Notes: a model not told the origin generated them from the letters alone. Positions 21,869 to 31,646 are shown, counted from the first letter of the stretch. The stretch: 64,000 nt of DNA from Acidobacteriota bacterium (GCA_965205505.1 CBDBHB010000006.1:128001-192000); one strand, 5' to 3'. Numbers and translations are program-made.

Positions 21869-21974
21869 ATGTCGGAGCACACGCCCCACAAAGATGAGCG
21901 GGGTACCTATTGCCGCTAACTGGTTCGCGACGGGAAGGAGCGTCGGCGATAGAGCGAACGCGATCGATCGAGAC

Positions 21975-22140
21975 TAAGAATATCTCTTGACATCTTATCC
22001 ACATCAAAACTCTCTCTATCACTTCGTCAAGATCACTTAAAAGTAAATAATGATTATTTAGTTCTTCTTGAGTTCAGATCTTAAGTTCGATATGGTCTAT
22101 TAACTATTTGTAATCAATACAAACTAATTATGGCATTGAC
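21975..22140 (+). promoter_or_regulatory. AT-rich regulatory island with a DnaA-box match and an 8-1-8 palindrome
   Basis: TTATCCACA at 21995-22003; TAAATAAT-G-ATTATTTA at 22044-22060; sharp GC drop. Confidence 0.5.
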
Positions 22141-22151
22141 TGCGACACGAG

Positions 22152-23210
22152 ATGATCACCCAGCCAAGGACCGTTCCACTACGATCCATACCCCGCGTCG
22201 CTCCCAAGCGAGCTCGGATCGGCGACCTACGCCTGACGCAATCGTTCGTCAGCGCGCTGTCGGCTGCCTACACGGGCCTATGGATCTTCGAGCGATCGTT
22301 GTGTCGGCTCGAGCCGGAAGTCGACCGCGCTGACGAGCTCACCCGTGCCGAGCACTCGCTCCACCATATCCAGGCGTGGGAGCGCAGGGCACTGCATGGC
22401 GAGACGCTGTTCGAGCTCTCCGAGAGGCCGCTGCTGAGCGATGATGCGTCGCGCGCCTGGCGGCTCCTGCATGTAGCTGAGGGGCGCATACGTTCCCTCA
22501 TCGGCGAGCTGATTCAATCGAGCGACCTGAAGGTGCTGGTGGATGATCCGTTTGCGCGCAGCGTACGTATTGCCACGCACTGCGAAGAGGCCTACGCGAG
22601 CGAGGCGGGTGTCCTCGGGTGGCTTCGATGGACGGAGGTCCATGCTCCGCGCGAGGCTGGTCGCTGGCGTCATCGCCTACTGACATGCCGCCGGCGGGTC
22701 GAGGAGGCGGATGCGCTGCTGGATCGTATCAGCGATCGGAAGATCGAGCCGGACGATCGCGATCTAGCGCGGCTGCTCGATTCATCGCTGTTGCTGCCTG
22801 CCGATCTTGCCGAGCGCGTGGTCGACATCTGTCACGTATTCAGCCTCTACACGGGTGTGTTCGAGTATGCCGATGTCGGCATTCCTGAAGCACAAAACGC
22901 CATCTGGGAGACTGCCGGGTTCGGCCCGTACGCTGCCGGTCGCTGGTTTGCTGCCGGGCTCAATGCTCGTCACGCAATCGATTGGATGGAGGTTGGCGCC
23001 GACGATCCGCTCGTAGCGGCTGGCTTCATGTGGCGCGGCTTCACACCGCACGAGGCTCGACCCTGGCTGTCGGCATACATCGGCGGCCGCATCGCTGCCT
23101 CCTGGGCGTCCAACGGTTCCGACCCACAGGAGGCGCGCGAGTGGATATCCCTAGGTGTTCGCGACCCCGCCGAGGTGGCACATTTGAACGGCGCAAGCCG
23201 CCCCATGTAG
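22152..23210 (+). CDS. Hypothetical protein with C-terminal 13-aa W-x3-G repeats
   Basis: 352-aa ORF with eight periodic repeats at the C-terminus; no family recognised. Confidence 0.7.
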   Translation: MITQPRTVPLRSIPRVAPKRARIGDLRLTQSFVSALSAAYTGLWIFERSLCRLEPEVDRADELTRAEHSLHHIQAWERRALHGETLFELSERPLLSDDASRAWRLLHVAEGRIRSLIGELIQSSDLKVLVDDPFARSVRIATHCEEAYASEAGVLGWLRWTEVHAPREAGRWRHRLLTCRRRVEEADALLDRISDRKIEPDDRDLARLLDSSLLLPADLAERVVDICHVFSLYTGVFEYADVGIPEAQNAIWETAGFGPYAAGRWFAAGLNARHAIDWMEVGADDPLVAAGFMWRGFTPHEARPWLSAYIGGRIAASWASNGSDPQEAREWISLGVRDPAEVAHLNGASRPM

Positions 23211-23229
23211 GTCTGCGGTAGGATTCGTC

Positions 23230-23269
23230 AGCGATTCCGTAGCGATCCCGTAGCGATTCCGTAGCGATC
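23230..23269. repeat. 11-bp tandem repeat (AGCGAT[T/C]CCGT) x3.6
   Basis: Directly visible in the intergenic region. Confidence 0.85.
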
Positions 23270-23318
23270 AGCATGCCGGGCCGGCTGCCTGTCTCCCGGC
23301 TGGCAGGGAGGCTTCACC

Positions 23319-23744
23319 ATGGCGGAAAACACTGCGTTCGAGGGCGGCTGCTTCTGCGGCGCAGTTCGCTACCGAGCCCTCCGACCCATCGACGTGGCGA
23401 TCTGTCATTGTCGCGATTGCCAGCGCGTCAGCGGCGCGCCGATGCTCGCCTGGGTCGAGATCGGCAAGGCCGATCTCGAGTGGACCCACGGTACGCCTAG
23501 CTACTATCACCACACCTCGGATTGGCATACACCCATACGGCGCGCCTTCTGCAACCAGTGTGGCACTTCGCTGACCTACGAGCGCGAAGGATCGGCCGAG
23601 CTCGATGTGACCGTGGCGAGCATGGATGCGCCAGAGTCGGTCCGGCCAACTCACCACGTCTACGCCAGCAGCCAGATGCCGTGGTTGCATGTCGACGACG
23701 ACATAACCGGATACGAGCGCCTGCGCACTCATCACGACGACTAG
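23319..23744 (+). CDS. GFA-family (CENP-V-like) protein
   Basis: GGCFCGAVRY, CHCRDCQR and FCNQCGT zinc motifs. Confidence 0.92.
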   Translation: MAENTAFEGGCFCGAVRYRALRPIDVAICHCRDCQRVSGAPMLAWVEIGKADLEWTHGTPSYYHHTSDWHTPIRRAFCNQCGTSLTYEREGSAELDVTVASMDAPESVRPTHHVYASSQMPWLHVDDDITGYERLRTHHDD

Positions 23745-23915
23745 TGCTCCTGATCATAAGTACGGCTCCTGCCCTCCGGGTGGCCGCGGGACCGGCCACC
23801 TTGGGCGTCGCGGCGCCTCGACGATACACCCAGCATCGCCCTCGTCGCCGCTCCTACAATTCGCCCCGGTCGCGCGCGCCACAAACGTTACCGTACTTAT
23901 GATCAGGAGCACTAG
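23741..23915. mobile_element. MITE family C (25-bp perfect TIR including CTAG), on the GFA stop codon
   Basis: CTAGTGCTCCTGATCATAAGTACGG ... CCGTACTTATGATCAGGAGCACTAG. Confidence 0.9.
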
Positions 23916-23935
23916 TTGGTTGTCCGGCGGTCGGC

Positions 23936-24118
23936 TTAGGCTCTGGCGATCCGGGGAGATAGCTCCTGATAGTCTTTGTAGCATTGCTCCTCCGCTTCGA
24001 CGTAGCGGTCCACTGCTCTCCGCAGCATCATTTCGGAGATCTGGAGCTCCGTGATGGTCTTGAGCTTGCGCAGGCGTTCGATCTGCATATTTGTCCGTGT
24101 CACGCGTGTGCGTTCCAT
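23936..24118 (-). CDS. Small ribbon-helix-helix-like DNA-binding protein
   Basis: QIERLRKL...ISEMMLRRAVDRYV pattern; 60 aa. Confidence 0.5.
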   Translation of the reverse strand: MERTRVTRTNMQIERLRKLKTITELQISEMMLRRAVDRYVEAEEQCYKDYQELSPRIARA

Positions 24119-24200
24119 GCAGCGATTATCCAGAGAATCGCTGTCCGATCAATAGCAGAAGCTACTTCCATCCCGGTGTTACGGCTGTTACCGTAACGCC

Positions 24201-24554
24201 GTGAAACCGAAACCATCGATATGGCTCTACTCCGGTGACGTATCTAACCGTCACCGCTGGTACCCACACGAAGAACTCTGGACTGTCCTCAACAGCATCC
24301 CGACCAGCGAGAATGATAATTTCGACTGGCACCTGCTCGACCCGGCAGATGCCAGAGAAACGCTCCCCGAATTCCGAGAGCGCCTTCGCTACCTTGGGCA
24401 GTTTGTGAAGATGATTCAGTCCATTGCGGAGGACGGTTCGCCGACGGTCTGCTCCGAGTGTTCGTCACGCTTTTATCCGTCACGTTCAGACGCGAAGTAT
24501 TGCACTGACAAATGCCGGACTCGCGCCTACCGTAGACGGCGTTCTCGGCGGTAG
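24201..24554 (+). CDS. Hypothetical protein with C-terminal Zn finger (CGNR-like)
   Basis: CSEC..FYPSRSDAKYCTDKCRTRAYRRR. Confidence 0.6.
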   Translation: MKPKPSIWLYSGDVSNRHRWYPHEELWTVLNSIPTSENDNFDWHLLDPADARETLPEFRERLRYLGQFVKMIQSIAEDGSPTVCSECSSRFYPSRSDAKYCTDKCRTRAYRRRRSRR

Positions 24555-24609
24555 CCTGAGACCGTCGAGTAAGTGATGGGATCGCGCGGTTGGACTCGGA
24601 GGAACATTT

Positions 24610-25261
24610 GTGGTTCGCGTGAAGGTCTGCTGCATCTCGTCGGTCGACGAGGCGCGGATGGCTATCCGCGCCGGTGCTTCTGCGATCGGTCTGGTCTCGG
24701 CGATGCCCACCGGTCCGGGCGTGATCGACGAATCCGAGGTCACGGCCATCGCCGCGACGGTTCCGCCGGCACTGGGCTCGTTCTTGCTCACGGTCGCTGC
24801 AATCGGCGGAGGCGATCATCACGCAGCAGCGGCGCTGTCGCACAAACACCGTGCAGATCGTCGATCGGCTGCTGCATGGGACCTACGCCGAGCTGCGCGC
24901 CGGGATGCCCGGGGTCGCGGTTGTTCAGGTGATCCATGTGAAAGGCACGGAATCGATCGGCGAAGCCGACGAGGTCGCCCCGCACGTGGACGCCGTGCTG
25001 CTGGATTCTGGTAACCCGACGCTTGCCGCCAAGGAGCTGGGCGGCACAGGCCGGGTACACGATTGGCGGATAAGTCGCCAGATTCGGGAGCGTCTCGACG
25101 TGCCGGTGTTTCTAGCTGGCGGTCTGCGGGCCGACAACGTGGCCGCGGCGATCGAGGCGGTGCGCCCCTACGGGATCGACGTATGTAGCGGAGTGCGGTC
25201 GAACGACCGGCTCGACGCCGCCAAGCTCCGAGAGTTTGTGAGTGCCGCCTACGCCGCTTGA
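24610..25261 (+). pseudogene. trpF: Phosphoribosylanthranilate isomerase with +1 frameshift near 24792
   Basis: RVKVCCI N-terminus in one frame; LLDSG, GGTGRVHDW, LAGGL, DVCSGV in another. Deleting one G in ACGGTCG joins them. Confidence 0.8.
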
Positions 25262-25271
25262 CCCGTAGGGC

Positions 25272-25826
25272 TCAATCGCCGCGACGTCGCGTCGACGGCG
25301 CTAGCTTGGCCCGCAATGCCGGGTTGAAGCGAGCGTGCAGCACCACGTCGAAGCCCTTCCACTGCAGATGGCGCTCGTAGGTCATACTGAGCTTGCGCAT
25401 GACGTTTATCGAGGCGCCGTTCTCGGGGACGGCGAAGGCGACTACCCGTTCCAGGCCGATCTGCTGAAAGCCGTGGCACATCGCGCAAGTGGCGGCCTCA
25501 GTCGCCAGTCCCTGTCCCCAGTAGGGCTCGTCGAGCAGCCAACCGATCTCGACCTCCCCGGAGTCGCCGAGGGGCTGTAGACCGACGTAACCGGCGACTT
25601 CGGTCTCGTCGAGTGGCTGGAGTGCCCAGAGACAGTAACCGAGCGCGCGCACGTGTCGCTGCTGTCGTGTGATGAACTCCAGCACCCGGGCATCGGTCCA
25701 GAATCGTCCGCCGCCAACGTGGCGCATCACGCTGCGTTTTTTGGTGATGGCGCGGAGTCGAGCGGCATCGGTGCCATACCAGGGGCGTAGGTGGACGCGT
25801 TCGGTGGTCAGCATGGGGTCCTCCAC
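25272..25826 (-). CDS. RimJ/RimL-type GNAT N-acetyltransferase
   Basis: EIGW, WGQGLATEAA and N.ASINVMRKL motifs. Confidence 0.9.
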   Translation of the reverse strand: MEDPMLTTERVHLRPWYGTDAARLRAITKKRSVMRHVGGGRFWTDARVLEFITRQQRHVRALGYCLWALQPLDETEVAGYVGLQPLGDSGEVEIGWLLDEPYWGQGLATEAATCAMCHGFQQIGLERVVAFAVPENGASINVMRKLSMTYERHLQWKGFDVVLHARFNPALRAKLAPSTRRRGD

Positions 25827-25923
25827 GAGGCCGGTGCTGCGGACATGCCGGTAGCGTATCCTTGCCGCGGCAGTAGCACGCTCCCCCGCTTATGGCGGAT
25901 CCCGTAGCCGCCAGGAGGCGACG

Positions 25924-26904
25924 ATGGACCGACCGCGGATGGATCGCCCGCGCCAGGCAAGGGGGACCCCGTTCACACGCCAGGCCGGCCGCCTACTAAA
26001 GGCCGGCCTGCTGATCACCGCCGTGGTGTTGGCGGTCGGCTCGCTGCCGGTGATTCTGCTCTGGTTCTGGGTCGACGACCTGGAGCAACCTGCTGCTTCG
26101 GTAGCCTACGTCGACGAGGAATTGACAATCCTTAGCGGCGGCGTGGAGCTCGCAGCTCGATTGCGCCTCCCGGCATTCGGCGGACCCCATCCGGCGCTCG
26201 TCGTTGCGCATGGGTCGGGGCGCGTCACACGTGATCGCTATGCCGAGCTCTCGGAGAACCTGGCGATCAACGGCTATGCCTTGCTGACCTACGACAAGCG
26301 CGGGGCGGGCGAATCCGGTGGAACGTACACCGGCGTTGGCCCCGCCAACAGCGAGCAAGCGCTCGGACAGCTTGCCGATGACATCATTTCCGGCGTCGAG
26401 CTGCTCAAGCAGCGCTCCGACATCCGCGCCGATCGGATCGGCGTTTACGGCGTCAGCCAGGGCGGCTGGATCGCGCCGCTCGCGGCGGCTAGATCGTCCG
26501 ACGTGTCGTTCATGGTGATCGTCTCCGGTCCTGCGGTGTCGGTGGGCGAGGAGATCTACTACAGCGAGCTCACCGGCGAGCGCGAAGGCGTCGGTGCCGC
26601 TAGCTCAGACGATGAGTTATCCGAGCAGCTCGCCGCCTACGACGGCCCACGTGGCTTCGATCCGGTGACCTCGCTCGAGGCCATCGATATCCCCGCCCTG
26701 TGGGTGCTGGGGGATGCGGACCGCAGCATTCCGATTCCCGAGACCGTCGCGATTCTCGAAAGGCTGGCAGCGGCAGGGAAGCCATATTCGCTCCAGGTGC
26801 TCGCCGGCGTCGGCCACGGCATGCGCGATGTGCGCAACGGCGAGCACGCTCCGGTCTTCGCCCACGTCTTCCCGTGGCTGGTGGCGAACGCCGGCACCAA
26901 TTGA
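25924..26904 (+). CDS. Membrane-anchored alpha/beta hydrolase (S9/S15-like)
   Basis: HGSG, YDKRGAGES, GVSQGG nucleophile elbow, C-terminal GH. Confidence 0.88.
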   Translation: MDRPRMDRPRQARGTPFTRQAGRLLKAGLLITAVVLAVGSLPVILLWFWVDDLEQPAASVAYVDEELTILSGGVELAARLRLPAFGGPHPALVVAHGSGRVTRDRYAELSENLAINGYALLTYDKRGAGESGGTYTGVGPANSEQALGQLADDIISGVELLKQRSDIRADRIGVYGVSQGGWIAPLAAARSSDVSFMVIVSGPAVSVGEEIYYSELTGEREGVGAASSDDELSEQLAAYDGPRGFDPVTSLEAIDIPALWVLGDADRSIPIPETVAILERLAAAGKPYSLQVLAGVGHGMRDVRNGEHAPVFAHVFPWLVANAGTN

Positions 26905-27087
26905 GCCCGTCGGCGCTGCGTGCGGCTGCCGGGCGCTGCTCTGACCGCGCCGTTCGGGCGCGATCCCGGGCCGCCCGCTGGCGCGCGTGTCCATCCAGCC
27001 GGATTTGCGCTCCGCCCGCCGCACGATAGGGGATACTGGAGACAAGGCGTTGTTGGCATCTACCCAGTCCCGATGACGGAGTCCTTC

Positions 27088-28695
27088 ATGTCCACTACGC
27101 GCCCGCGCATCCCCAAGCTCATGTGGGCCCTTTGGATTCTCGCCCTCGTCGCCATCCTGGTGGTTCTCTATGTCATGGATATGGGCGATCGGGGCATCGC
27201 GAACGGCACCGCGTTCGGGCTGTTGTTTCTGGTCACGCCGATCACGCTGATCTGGTTCGTCTTCTTCTCGGCGTGGCCGCGGAAGGTTCGCTTCGGGTCG
27301 CTTGCCGCCTTGGTGGTGCTTTGGCTGGGCTTCTCCTGGCTGTTCGAGTTCCAGGGTTTTCGTAGCGAGGTCGTGCCGATCTTCACCTCGCGGTTCGCGC
27401 CGCGAGCCGACCACGCCCCCGAGCTCGTAGCGCGAGGAACCGTTGCGATCGACCTGGTCAGCACCACGCCTTTCGACTTCCCTGGTTTTCTCGGCGCCAA
27501 CCGCGACCTGCGAGTCGACAATGTCGTGCTGGCCACCGACTGGGAGGCACGGCCGCCAGAACCACTGTGGCAGCAGCAGATCGGCGCTGGCTGGGGTGGC
27601 TTCGCGGTCGTGAACGGCTTCGCTGCCACGCTCGAGGAGCGCGACGCCCGCGAGCTCGTCACGATGTACGACGTGCGCACCGGCGCGCTGCTCTGGGAGC
27701 ATCACATTGGCGGAGAGTATGACCATATGCTCGGTGGTCGTGGCCCCCGCAGCACCCCTACGATCGATACCGGGAACGTCTACGCGCTCGGCGTATCAGG
27801 CAACCTGGTCGCACTGGACGGTGGCACGGGCGATCTGCTTTGGGAGCACGATCTGCTAGCCGAGTACGGCGTTTCCGCTCAGGAAGAGCTGCAGGCGCAC
27901 CAGTACGGTCGCGCCAACTCGCCGCTGATCGTTCGTGACATGCTGATCATCGGCGTTGGTGGATCCCGAGCCCGTCGCGTATCCGTGGCCGCCTACGACA
28001 AGCACACAGGCGAGGTGCGCTGGGAGGCGGGAGAGCACCAGGTCGCCATGGCGTCGCCGCGCCTGGCGCAGCTCGGAGGGCGCGAGCAGGTTCTGATGGT
28101 CAACCAGAACGCCGTCAGCGGCCACGATCCCGATACCGGGACCGTGTTGTGGGAATTCGACTGGCCGGGCATTACGCCTGCCGACTCCAACGTGTCGCAG
28201 GCTGTGCCGGTGGGGTCAAACCGCGTTTTCGTCTCCAAGGGCTACGGCGGCGGCGCGGCACTCTACGAGCTCGCCGCCCAGCCCGACGGTACGTTCAGCG
28301 TCCGTCAGCTCTGGCACCAGCCCCGCGTGCTGCGCACCAAAATCACCAACGTCGCCATGCGCGACGGCTACGCTTATGGCCTGTCCGAGGGGATCCTCGA
28401 ATGCGTCGAGGTGGCCAGCGGGGAGCGCGCCTGGAAGGCAGGCCGCTACCACCACGGCCAGATCTTGATGGTGGGCGAGGTGCTGCTGGTGCTCACCGAG
28501 GACGGCGAGCTGGTGATGGTCGAAGTCTCCCCCGAGAACAGCAACAACGTTCTCGGGCGCTTCCAGGCGATCAACGGCCACACCTGGAACAACATCGCCC
28601 TGTACGGCGACATCGTGCTGGTGCGCAACGGCCAGGAGGCGGCGGCCTATCGGCTGCCTCTGGTCGGCGGGCTGGATCTGATCGCCGACTCGTGA
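27088..28695 (+). CDS. PQQ-like beta-propeller repeat protein with N-terminal TM helices
   Basis: FPGFLGANR, GPRSTPTI and repeated TG..LWE motifs. Confidence 0.85.
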   Translation: MSTTRPRIPKLMWALWILALVAILVVLYVMDMGDRGIANGTAFGLLFLVTPITLIWFVFFSAWPRKVRFGSLAALVVLWLGFSWLFEFQGFRSEVVPIFTSRFAPRADHAPELVARGTVAIDLVSTTPFDFPGFLGANRDLRVDNVVLATDWEARPPEPLWQQQIGAGWGGFAVVNGFAATLEERDARELVTMYDVRTGALLWEHHIGGEYDHMLGGRGPRSTPTIDTGNVYALGVSGNLVALDGGTGDLLWEHDLLAEYGVSAQEELQAHQYGRANSPLIVRDMLIIGVGGSRARRVSVAAYDKHTGEVRWEAGEHQVAMASPRLAQLGGREQVLMVNQNAVSGHDPDTGTVLWEFDWPGITPADSNVSQAVPVGSNRVFVSKGYGGGAALYELAAQPDGTFSVRQLWHQPRVLRTKITNVAMRDGYAYGLSEGILECVEVASGERAWKAGRYHHGQILMVGEVLLVLTEDGELVMVEVSPENSNNVLGRFQAINGHTWNNIALYGDIVLVRNGQEAAAYRLPLVGGLDLIADS

Positions 28696-28810
28696 TGAGC
28701 GCAGCCGCGAATCGAGGGCGCCAGTCGGGTGAGCTACCGCGATACCTCGACGCCCCGCGGCGGTGAGCGCTGCAGTCTCGATGCACGGACCCTGGAGCGG
28801 TCGGCCGGCT

Positions 28811-30997
28811 TCATTGCTCGGCTTCATCAGACGAGGATCGGACGCTGAGCGCCTCTGTCAACTCGTCGACCCGCCGCGACAGCTCGCCGATGGTGTCGGT
28901 GTACACGGTTTCCCAGAAGGCCAGCTGGTCGGGGTTGTCGGTCTCGATCTCGTAACGCAGACCCGGGAGCATCCACGACGCGTAGCCGCTGAAGGGGTCT
29001 GGCGAAGCGTAGAGCGACCGATACCACGGGCGCTCCTGGAGTCCTTCCTCGTGCAGCAGAGTCCGCTCGAGCGACAGCAGGAGGCGGTTGATGGCGCGAA
29101 GCTCAGCGTCAGGGAAGCGCAGCTGAACGACCGCCTTGTCGCGTGCAATGACGTAGCGGCTCGACGCCTCAGCCAGTCGCCGTGTCGCCGCCGACAGGTC
29201 GTCGAATCGCAGCTCGATGTGGTGCTCGACGGCGAGCTCGCGCAGGGTATCCGCGTGCGTTTCGAGGTCTGTGGCATAGCGCTCGACGTCGTAGGGGAGC
29301 ACATCGGCGTTGGCCAGTCGCAGTGCCAGCACGCCGTCGAGCCGCGCCAGCGTCGGGCCGTAGATGAACTCGTTGTCGCCGAAGCGTTCGTACCAAGCGA
29401 AGTTGTCGTAGTTGGAGTGGTATACGCCACCGCTGCCGCCGAACCCCAGGGAGCCCGACGGCACCCCGGCATGGGCATAGAAGCCGACGTGATCGGAGCC
29501 GCCGCCGAGGTTGCCTATGGGCGGTACGTCCTGTTCCGAGGCGCGAAGCCACTCGCCATAAACCGTCGTGCTGGTCTTCGGGTAGTCGACTGCCTTGGTG
29601 GCCTCGATGATCAATCCTTTGAGCGAAGGCGACGCCGACGAGCCGAACCGGGGTCCAGACACGGCCGAGTCGGCGTTGATATAGGCGATTGCCCTGGCGT
29701 CGAGCTCGTCGCGGAACTGCTCGACCCATTCAGAAGATCCGATGATGCCGTACTCCTCCGCGTCCCAGTGGGCGATCAAGATCGAACGGCGCGGCTGACA
29801 GCCGTTCGCAGCCAGCTCGCCGAGCGCCTCGGCCATGGTCAGCAGCATTGCCGTGCCACCGTTGGGATCGACCGCGCCGAACGCCCACGGGTCGTAGTGC
29901 GATCCGAAGATGACCCACTCGTCGGGCAGCTCTGCGCCGCGAACCGTTCCAACAACGTTCACCGCGCGGGTCAGCGCCTTCGGCTGGTTCACCCGCACAC
30001 GGACCGTCAAATCATTGCCGCCGGTGAGGCGATACGGCACGTCCAAGCCGCCGTGCCACTCCTCCGGAGCTACCTCTCCGGTCATCCGTTCGAGGATCTG
30101 CAATGCCGCACCGTAGCCGAGGGGTAGCACCGGGATCGTGTGGAGGGCCACCTCGGACGGATCGAGTCGGTTGACCTCGATGCCGGAGTCGATCGGGTAG
30201 GCGGGCTCGAACGGTGTTAACGGGTCGCCTTCGTAGCCGAGTGTCAGCACTGAGCCGCGCTGGATCGTGCCGGCGCTCATGTTCGGTCCCTGCGGGTACT
30301 CGTCGATCCCGATCACCTCGCCAGGATCGTTGAACATGATCACGCCGGCGGCGCCGTGCTCCTGTGCGAACTTCACCTTGTAGCCGCGGTAGTTACCGCC
30401 GTATCGCGCGATCACTACCTTGCCGGTGATCGATATGCTCATTTCGCCGAGGTGGTCGAAGTCCTCCTTGCGGCCGAAGTTGGCGTATACGACCTGCGCG
30501 GTGACGTCGCCCGAGCCCGAATAGGCGTTCCAGCCATTTAGCAGATCCGGATGGCCCGAGAAGCGATCCTCGGGCAGCGCGGGCTCCTGATTCGACAACG
30601 GCACGGGCTCGGGAGTGACGATCTCGGCGTTCACGTCGTCGGTGAGTTGTGGCAGGTAGACGTCGTAGGGGTAGCGCTCGACCTCGAGCCCGGCGTCTTC
30701 CATCACCTGCGCCAGGTAATCCTCGACGTCGCGTTGGGCTGCGGACCCCGCCGGATGTGGTACCCGGGTAATAGTCTCCAGGTGCCGGCGGAACTGCGCC
30801 GGGCGTGGAAGCGCCATCAGCCGAGCCTCGCAGGCCAGCTGTGCCTCGACGTGCTGCGGCGCGAAGCCCGTCGGCGGGTCCATCAAGGCCGCTTGACCGG
30901 AGGTAGTTCCGGAAACGACTGCAGCGGTCCAGCAAGCGATTGCGGCGACAGCGCCGGCGGAGGCGTGGAGAGTTCCCCTGTGGGGCATTATCGGCAT
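28811..30997 (-). CDS. Glutamate carboxypeptidase II-like M28 peptidase (PA and TfR dimerisation domains)
   Basis: PHPAGS, IQRGSV, GSHYDPW, WDAEEYG, GSDH and YHSNYD motifs. Confidence 0.92.
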   Translation of the reverse strand: MPIMPHRGTLHASAGAVAAIACWTAAVVSGTTSGQAALMDPPTGFAPQHVEAQLACEARLMALPRPAQFRRHLETITRVPHPAGSAAQRDVEDYLAQVMEDAGLEVERYPYDVYLPQLTDDVNAEIVTPEPVPLSNQEPALPEDRFSGHPDLLNGWNAYSGSGDVTAQVVYANFGRKEDFDHLGEMSISITGKVVIARYGGNYRGYKVKFAQEHGAAGVIMFNDPGEVIGIDEYPQGPNMSAGTIQRGSVLTLGYEGDPLTPFEPAYPIDSGIEVNRLDPSEVALHTIPVLPLGYGAALQILERMTGEVAPEEWHGGLDVPYRLTGGNDLTVRVRVNQPKALTRAVNVVGTVRGAELPDEWVIFGSHYDPWAFGAVDPNGGTAMLLTMAEALGELAANGCQPRRSILIAHWDAEEYGIIGSSEWVEQFRDELDARAIAYINADSAVSGPRFGSSASPSLKGLIIEATKAVDYPKTSTTVYGEWLRASEQDVPPIGNLGGGSDHVGFYAHAGVPSGSLGFGGSGGVYHSNYDNFAWYERFGDNEFIYGPTLARLDGVLALRLANADVLPYDVERYATDLETHADTLRELAVEHHIELRFDDLSAATRRLAEASSRYVIARDKAVVQLRFPDAELRAINRLLLSLERTLLHEEGLQERPWYRSLYASPDPFSGYASWMLPGLRYEIETDNPDQLAFWETVYTDTIGELSRRVDELTEALSVRSSSDEAEQ

Positions 30998-31043
30998 TGG
31001 ATCGACTCGGTGCTACAGAATTCGGGCGGTTACGTTCCGGCGG

Positions 31044-31355
31044 TCATCCCGATGGGTAACTGTACCGGATCAGCACGATCACCCAAGCTACCGCGGCGCT
31101 GGTCACAATGGACCCCGCCAGTAGCTTCCCGACACGGCTCAGACGCCATCCGTCGAACAGCACTCGCGGAAAGTTGAGGCCGACAACCTCGACCAGCGCC
31201 GCGAGCGCGTAGACGCCGATCGGAACACGGTTGTCGCCGTGCTCGAGATCGTGGCGAAGGCGTTCGTAGCACGCCGGCTCGAACACCCGTTCGCGGATGT
31301 CTTTCGGTAGCAATGTACCGATGCGTTGCCAGAGCGGCGCCGCTGGCTCAGGCAC
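31044..31355 (-). CDS. Small hypothetical membrane protein coupled to the PadR gene
   Basis: 103-aa ORF overlapping the PadR stop, with a C-terminal TM segment. Confidence 0.55.
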   Translation of the reverse strand: MPEPAAPLWQRIGTLLPKDIRERVFEPACYERLRHDLEHGDNRVPIGVYALAALVEVVGLNFPRVLFDGWRLSRVGKLLAGSIVTSAAVAWVIVLIRYSYPSG

Positions 31356-31646
31356 GAGCAGCCTCGCCGGAGTCGCCGAAGCGATCGATGACCTTCAGAT
31401 GGAACTCGCGGTTTCGGTTCCAAGTCGACACACCGCTGGCCAGCAGCTCGTAGTTACGCTCGCGGATGATCTGGCCGCTGACGATCTCCTGCGAGTACCA
31501 GCCTCTTACGTGGCCGGCCTCCTCGAGCCGAGACATCAGCTGGTAGAAACCCGGGCCGGTTTTCTTGGCGCCGAACTCAGCCAGGCGCGCGCGGATGACT
31601 TGCCCGCTCAGCGGTCCGGCACGAAGCGCTCCGAGGACCACGTGCT
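31348..31646 (-). pseudogene. PadR-like winged-helix regulator lacking its start
   Basis: HVVLGAL..GPGFYQLMSRLEEAGHV..RERNYELL; no start codon before the DoxX junction. Confidence 0.65.

Noticed and set aside
21960-22145. oriC
   Set aside because: Only one DnaA box and no dnaA/dnaN/gidA context.
23230-23269. CRISPR array
   Set aside because: Contiguous 11-bp units with no spacers and no cas genes.
1358-30127. Long antisense or alternate-frame ORFs (e.g. 1358-2515, 3005-3931, 6759-7802, 16726-17874, 28763-30127)
   Set aside because: Shadow ORFs of recognised genes in high-GC DNA, with no recognisable motifs.
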